Source of the DNA: Armatimonadota bacterium
GTDB taxonomy: Bacteria; Armatimonadota; Fimbriimonadia; Fimbriimonadales; GBS-DC
Length of the DNA: 64,000 nt
Direction: 5' to 3'
Assembly: GCA_037445735.1 (NCBI GenBank)
Contig: JBBIJY010000009.1
Location: forward strand, 35,241 to 99,240
Of this stretch, positions 59,860 through 64,000 are shown one piece after another. The notes below the pieces were generated by a model. The model made no database searches, had not been told where the DNA came from, and saw nothing but the letters and a program-made list of their open reading frames with translations. A program made the position numbers and the translations under genes. The stretch's first letter is position 1, and each line of letters opens with the position of its first letter.

Positions 59860-61532
59860 CCCATCACCTCTGCGGGCGATTCTGCAGCCGCTGGGGGCGC
59901 AACCGCGAGCTGATTCGTGCGCTTCCAGTGGAACGCCAGCTCTACCACTGACCATAGTAAAACCACCGGCAAGGAGGTCGTAGCGTCCAGCAAATCGGAA
60001 TGGACAGAATCATAGGCAAGCACCGAGACCATTGCTGCTGCCACGGCCACCACCAATGAACGCGCCCAGGGATCATGACAGCTGAAAAATGCCACAGCTG
60101 CACGAATGAAAAAGCCTATCAGAAGCAGCGCCAGCAAGCCCGTGCCTATCAAACCGATATGAAGCTGACGCGCCAGCCACGGAAAGTGCATTTGAGTTTT
60201 CAAAATATATACATTTGTAAAACGAGGGTTCCTGATTCCCGCTTGAGTGAGTGAAACATACCGTCCATAATCGGCTTCAAGCCCGGCTCCGAAAAGGCGC
60301 TGCCAGAGGGTGAGTCGCTCCATGCGTATCTCCCACGCTTCGCGTTCACGCACACGCGCCAGATAGGATGGGTCGCTGCGCGGGTCGCCTCCAAACGCAT
60401 AGTTGCGCTCCCAGCGCTGAACCGCCTCTGAAACAATTCGATTTACTACCCCGCTCACCACAGGATGCAGCATTAGTACCAGCCCAAATAGAATCGCTGT
60501 TAAACCGATCTGTAGCTGACGCAGCAACGCCTGCGGCGGCTTCCAGAGCAGCACCAGCGGCATCACAGCCATCATCCCCCCCCATAATGCACGATTTTTG
60601 GTTGCCAGAACCGCATATAATGCTAACGCAATGTAGACGACCGCAACCGCCGCTTTCCAGCCGCGGTAGTAGCCCAGTGAATAAAGCGCAAAAAAGAAAC
60701 CCAGCACAACAATATAAAGCCCAGCAGGGTCGCGAATACGATAGCCCTCTTCTGTCTCCCCAGCCGCTCTCAGCTGAAAGAGAACCTTCCAGAAGAAAGG
60801 CAACGGCGCGAAATATTCCCAGAGAATCGAAAGAAGCGCCACCGTCAGCACAATGCCGATCGCTGCTGCGACACGCTTCATCCGCTGTACATCCCTTAGC
60901 AAAACTATAAGAGGAAGAATGCCTATCCAGAGCATGTGCGCATCAAAGTAACGAAAAATTCCCTTACCAGCATATCCCAGCACAACCTCAGCATTGTCAT
61001 ATGGAAGCTTATCTTGTAAAAAGATGTAAATATAGCCTACATGGAGCATATAATAGCCCCAGAAAATCAACAATAGGGCGATAAACCACGAGAAGATGTG
61101 TGGGCGTTCCGCACGCGGGATGCGCACATATTCATAAATCGCACGCGCCGAAACAATCCCAAAAAAGAGCAGAATAAGCGTGCGCTCTCCTGTGCCACCG
61201 CCGGGGCCTGCAGCAAAGTACATCGCGTTGACGAACAATCCTGATCCTGCTGTGATAAAAACCACCACACTCAATTCAGGAACAAAAAACGCCAGCGGCG
61301 CCAGCAACGCCAGAATCGTGAACGCGATCGCGCGGTTGTCCTGACCCTGCAGCAGAAAGATCAGGACCACCAGATTCGCCAGCACCACCACCCCGATTGT
61401 GAGCAGGTTCGTCCAGCGCTCCTGTGTCATCCAGCAGCTGATGCGCGCGGTTAACGCAGACACCCACTCCAGCGGCAGTGTTAGCACATCGCGCAACCCT
61501 GTAAGCCGCTCCCGCGTTGTTCCCAGTGCCAT
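59856..61532 (-). CDS. O-antigen polymerase/ligase-like membrane protein
   Basis: Many TM segments, periplasmic loop with FGAG...H...GLIG, context. Confidence 0.65.
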   Translation of the reverse strand: MALGTTRERLTGLRDVLTLPLEWVSALTARISCWMTQERWTNLLTIGVVVLANLVVLIFLLQGQDNRAIAFTILALLAPLAFFVPELSVVVFITAGSGLFVNAMYFAAGPGGGTGERTLILLFFGIVSARAIYEYVRIPRAERPHIFSWFIALLLIFWGYYMLHVGYIYIFLQDKLPYDNAEVVLGYAGKGIFRYFDAHMLWIGILPLIVLLRDVQRMKRVAAAIGIVLTVALLSILWEYFAPLPFFWKVLFQLRAAGETEEGYRIRDPAGLYIVVLGFFFALYSLGYYRGWKAAVAVVYIALALYAVLATKNRALWGGMMAVMPLVLLWKPPQALLRQLQIGLTAILFGLVLMLHPVVSGVVNRIVSEAVQRWERNYAFGGDPRSDPSYLARVREREAWEIRMERLTLWQRLFGAGLEADYGRYVSLTQAGIRNPRFTNVYILKTQMHFPWLARQLHIGLIGTGLLALLLIGFFIRAAVAFFSCHDPWARSLVVAVAAAMVSVLAYDSVHSDLLDATTSLPVVLLWSVVELAFHWKRTNQLAVAPPAAAESPAEVMG

Positions 61533-61612
61533 CGTCGCCTCGCTATATATTATGGCACATTCGACACCCCGAATGGAGCAATCCCCTGCCCTTCAGGTAT
61601 AATCTTGTTGCT

Positions 61613-62545
61613 ATGGAGACGCTGGACAGAAGCCTGCAAAGCGAAGCCGTCAGTCGCTATGAGGTTCAGAAAGCCACCTGGCGCGTGAAGGTCGGTCTGG
61701 CGGAGATGTTGCGCGGTGGCGTGATTATGGATGTCACCGACGCCGAGCAGGCGCAGATTGCCGAGGAGGCGGGCGCCGTCGCCGTGATGGCGCTGGAGCG
61801 CGTGCCCGCCGACATCCGACGCGAGGGCGGCGTCGCTCGCATGGCGGACCCGCTCAAGATTCTGGAAATCAAGCAGGCTGTTACCATCCCCGTGATGGCG
61901 AAGTGTCGAATCGGGCACTTCGCCGAGGCGATGATTCTGGAAGCGCTCGGCGTCGACTTCATCGACGAGAGCGAGGTGCTGACCCCCGCTGATGAGGAGC
62001 ATCACATCAACAAGCACGCCTTTCGCGTGCCGTTTGTGTGCGGGGCGCGGGAGCTGGGCGAGGCGCTGCGCCGAATCGGGGAAGGCGCCGCCATGATCCG
62101 CACCAAAGGCGAGGCGGGCACAGGCAATATCGTGGAAGCCGTGCGCCACATGCGCGCGATTATGCGCGACATCCGTCGCATCAAAAGCGCACCCGAAGAC
62201 GAGCTGATGAGCATCGCCAAACAGCTGCAGGCGCCTTACGACCTCGTGGTGGAGATTCACCAGACGGGTCGCCTGCCCGTGCCGAACTTCTCGGCGGGCG
62301 GCATCGCGACGCCTGCCGACGCCGCGCTGATGATGTGGCTCGGCGCGGAGGCGGTGTTCGTCGGGTCGGGCATCTTCAAATCGTCTAACCCGCGCGCTCG
62401 CGCCCGCGCCATCGTGGACGCCGTGACCTACTATCGCGAGCCAGAGATCCTCGCGGAGGTCTCCAAAGGGCTGGGCGAGGCGATGCCCGGCATCGATGTA
62501 CGCCGCCTGGCTGAAGAAGAGCTGCTTGCCGTGCGCGGCTGGTAG
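61613..62545 (+). CDS. pdxS: Pyridoxal 5'-phosphate synthase lyase subunit
   Basis: [31 protein letters not shown]. Confidence 0.98.
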   Translation: METLDRSLQSEAVSRYEVQKATWRVKVGLAEMLRGGVIMDVTDAEQAQIAEEAGAVAVMALERVPADIRREGGVARMADPLKILEIKQAVTIPVMAKCRIGHFAEAMILEALGVDFIDESEVLTPADEEHHINKHAFRVPFVCGARELGEALRRIGEGAAMIRTKGEAGTGNIVEAVRHMRAIMRDIRRIKSAPEDELMSIAKQLQAPYDLVVEIHQTGRLPVPNFSAGGIATPADAALMMWLGAEAVFVGSGIFKSSNPRARARAIVDAVTYYREPEILAEVSKGLGEAMPGIDVRRLAEEELLAVRGW

Positions 62546-62633
62546 CTACAGGAGCGTGAAGGCTATGCCTGCTATCCGAGCGAAGAAGATGAGCGCGGCG
62601 GACTTTCAGGTCCGTTGGCGCATTTAGACGGAC

Positions 62634-62787
62634 CCCTTGACTTCGCTGTCATCGATGGGGTATAGTACAAGCGCCATCGGGGCAAAGCTGTGCGTGCACC
62701 TTGACAATCGGGCGAAGGGTCCGATTGGAGTTCAGAGCTGTGCCTCTGAGCGGGTGGGCGTTCGCGCCTGCCCGCTGCAGGGGGTTG
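62634..62787 (+). promoter_or_regulatory. Promoter + putative CRISPR leader
   Basis: TTGACT (62637) -18 nt- TATAGT (62661); hairpins; abuts the first repeat; homologous copy upstream of xerD. Confidence 0.7.
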
Positions 62788-62872
62788 GTTTGTAGCCTAC
62801 CTCTGAGGGATTGAAAGAATCGTTTGTAGCCTATTCGAGAAAGTTTGTAGCCTACCTCTGAGGGATTGAAAC
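62788..62872 (+). CRISPR. Orphan CRISPR mini-array (2 repeats, one aberrant 25-nt spacer)
   Basis: GTTTGTAGCCTACCTCTGAGGGATTGAAA(G/C) at 62788-62817 and 62843-62872; 30 bp, ATTGAAAC end typical of type I-B/III repeats. Confidence 0.78.
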
Positions 62873-63435
62873 TCGGCGTACTGGCGTTGCAGGGCGATTT
62901 CGAGAAACACGCGGCGATGCTGGAGCGCATCGGCGTCGACTGGCGCGAGGTGCGCAAGGTCGCCGATCTCCACTCCGTCGACGCGCTGATTATCCCCGGC
63001 GGCGAAAGCACCACCATCGGGCGGCTGATGGCACGCTATGGACTCGATACCGCCATCCGCGAGCGGGCACAACAGGGCATGCCCATCTACGGCACCTGCG
63101 CTGGCATGATCCTGCTGGCAAAAGAGATTGCCGGCAGCCAGCAGGAACGGCTGGGGCTGATGGATATTGAGGTTATCCGCAACGCCTTCGGCAGCCAGAT
63201 CGAAAGCTTCGAAGCCGACCTGCCCTTCAAACCACTGGGCGACCGCCCTGTGCGAGCGGTTTTCATCCGTGCGCCTGTCGTGAGCCGCGCGGGCGCCCGT
63301 GTGGAGGTGTTGAGCGAGTTTGACGGCAAAATCGTGGCGGTTCAGCAGGGCAAGCTGCTGGCGACGGCGTTCCACCCGGAGCTGACCGACGACGAGCGCG
63401 TTCACCGCTACTTTTTAAGCCTGCTGACCCGATAA
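62866..63435 (+). CDS. pdxT: PLP synthase glutaminase subunit
   Basis: GVLALQG, PGGESTT, GTCAG, FHPEL; TTG start inside repeat 2. Confidence 0.96.
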   Translation: MKLGVLALQGDFEKHAAMLERIGVDWREVRKVADLHSVDALIIPGGESTTIGRLMARYGLDTAIRERAQQGMPIYGTCAGMILLAKEIAGSQQERLGLMDIEVIRNAFGSQIESFEADLPFKPLGDRPVRAVFIRAPVVSRAGARVEVLSEFDGKIVAVQQGKLLATAFHPELTDDERVHRYFLSLLTR

Positions 63436-63438
63436 AAA

Positions 63439-63516
63439 TGGTCGGGGCGCCCGGATTCGAACCGGGGACCTCCTGCACCCAAAGCAGGCGCGCTAACCAT
63501 GCTGCGCTACGCCCCG
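63439..63516 (-). tRNA. tRNA-Pro (TGG)
   Basis: CGGGGCG acceptor stem, CCTGC-TTTGGGT-GCAGG arm, GTTCGAATC, CCA. Confidence 0.95.
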
Positions 63517-63534
63517 ACGCTCCTGATTATACCT

Positions 63535-63945
63535 TAGCTGGCTCCGGGCGAGTGTGAGCGTGGTTTGCGCTGCATCGAGCGGCTGATGCGACACATAGCC
63601 CTTCTCGTGCAGGGATTGGACACGCTCATAGTTGCGCTGGGCTTCCTGCAGGCGGGCTTCGGCGTCGCGCACGGCGTTCGCCACCTCGATGCGCTCCTGC
63701 GGGTGCTTCACCGGCTCCAGCATGCGAAGGTTCTCCTGTGCGCTCTGATAGGCGGCTTCGGCGGCACGGAGGGCAGCCTATGTGAGCGCGGACTGCGCTT
63801 TCGGCTCGCGCTCCATCGGCTCCACGCGCAGCTGCGCCTGACGCACGGCGAGGCGAGCCTCTTTCGCCTGCATCTAGAGTGCAAGTTGCGCCTGTGCGGT
63901 GCTGAGTCGCGCCGATTCGACCGGCGCACGGCCCTGCTCCACCTG
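63535..63945 (-). pseudogene. Degenerate HlyD/efflux adaptor-like coiled-coil fragment
   Basis: One frame reads ...AQENL...EAQRNYERVQSLHEKGYVS..LDAAQ with in-frame TAGs at 63874-63876 and 63778-63780. Confidence 0.6.
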
Positions 63946-64000
63946 TCACCAATCCAACCACAACACCTCGTATCCACACAACCCGATTGCCGTCGATCAC

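Noticed and set aside
63535-63945. Stop-codon reassignment or pyrrolysine explanation for the in-frame TAGs
   Set aside because: TAG ends normal genes here (e.g. pdxS, rsmH) and the fragment is truncated

Overview
GC-rich bacterial chromosome segment. Gene content and protein motifs (C-terminal 'GDVN..VDDADLLxVLFNFG' dockerin-like tags, a PEP-CTERM protein, lpxD, and a DUF881/sbp-containing dcw cluster) suggest a thermophile-like Armatimonadota; this is an inference. Contents in order: a visibly lower-GC three-gene cassette of secreted proteins (0.8-7.5 kb), xerD, mfd, tRNA-Glu, purA, a large secreted HExxH protein, cdd, ldh, lpxD, two GT9 genes, redox genes, a near-complete dcw cluster (mraZ to ftsZ, with fused murC-ddl and no murB), a polysaccharide locus, pdxS/pdxT and tRNA-Pro. 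Main observations: (1) A ~180-bp module (sigma70 promoter + hairpin leader + CRISPR-type repeat) occurs twice, ~53 kb apart, in front of two unrelated housekeeping genes, pdxT and xerD. In both, the 3' end of the repeat contains the start codon, and no cas genes are in the window. (2) Two families of palindromic REP-like repeats are inserted in-frame in Mfd, MurC, MurD and MurE, always read in the same frames; the MurD insert appears to replace a conserved Mur-ligase motif. All alignments were done by eye and no database searches were run.
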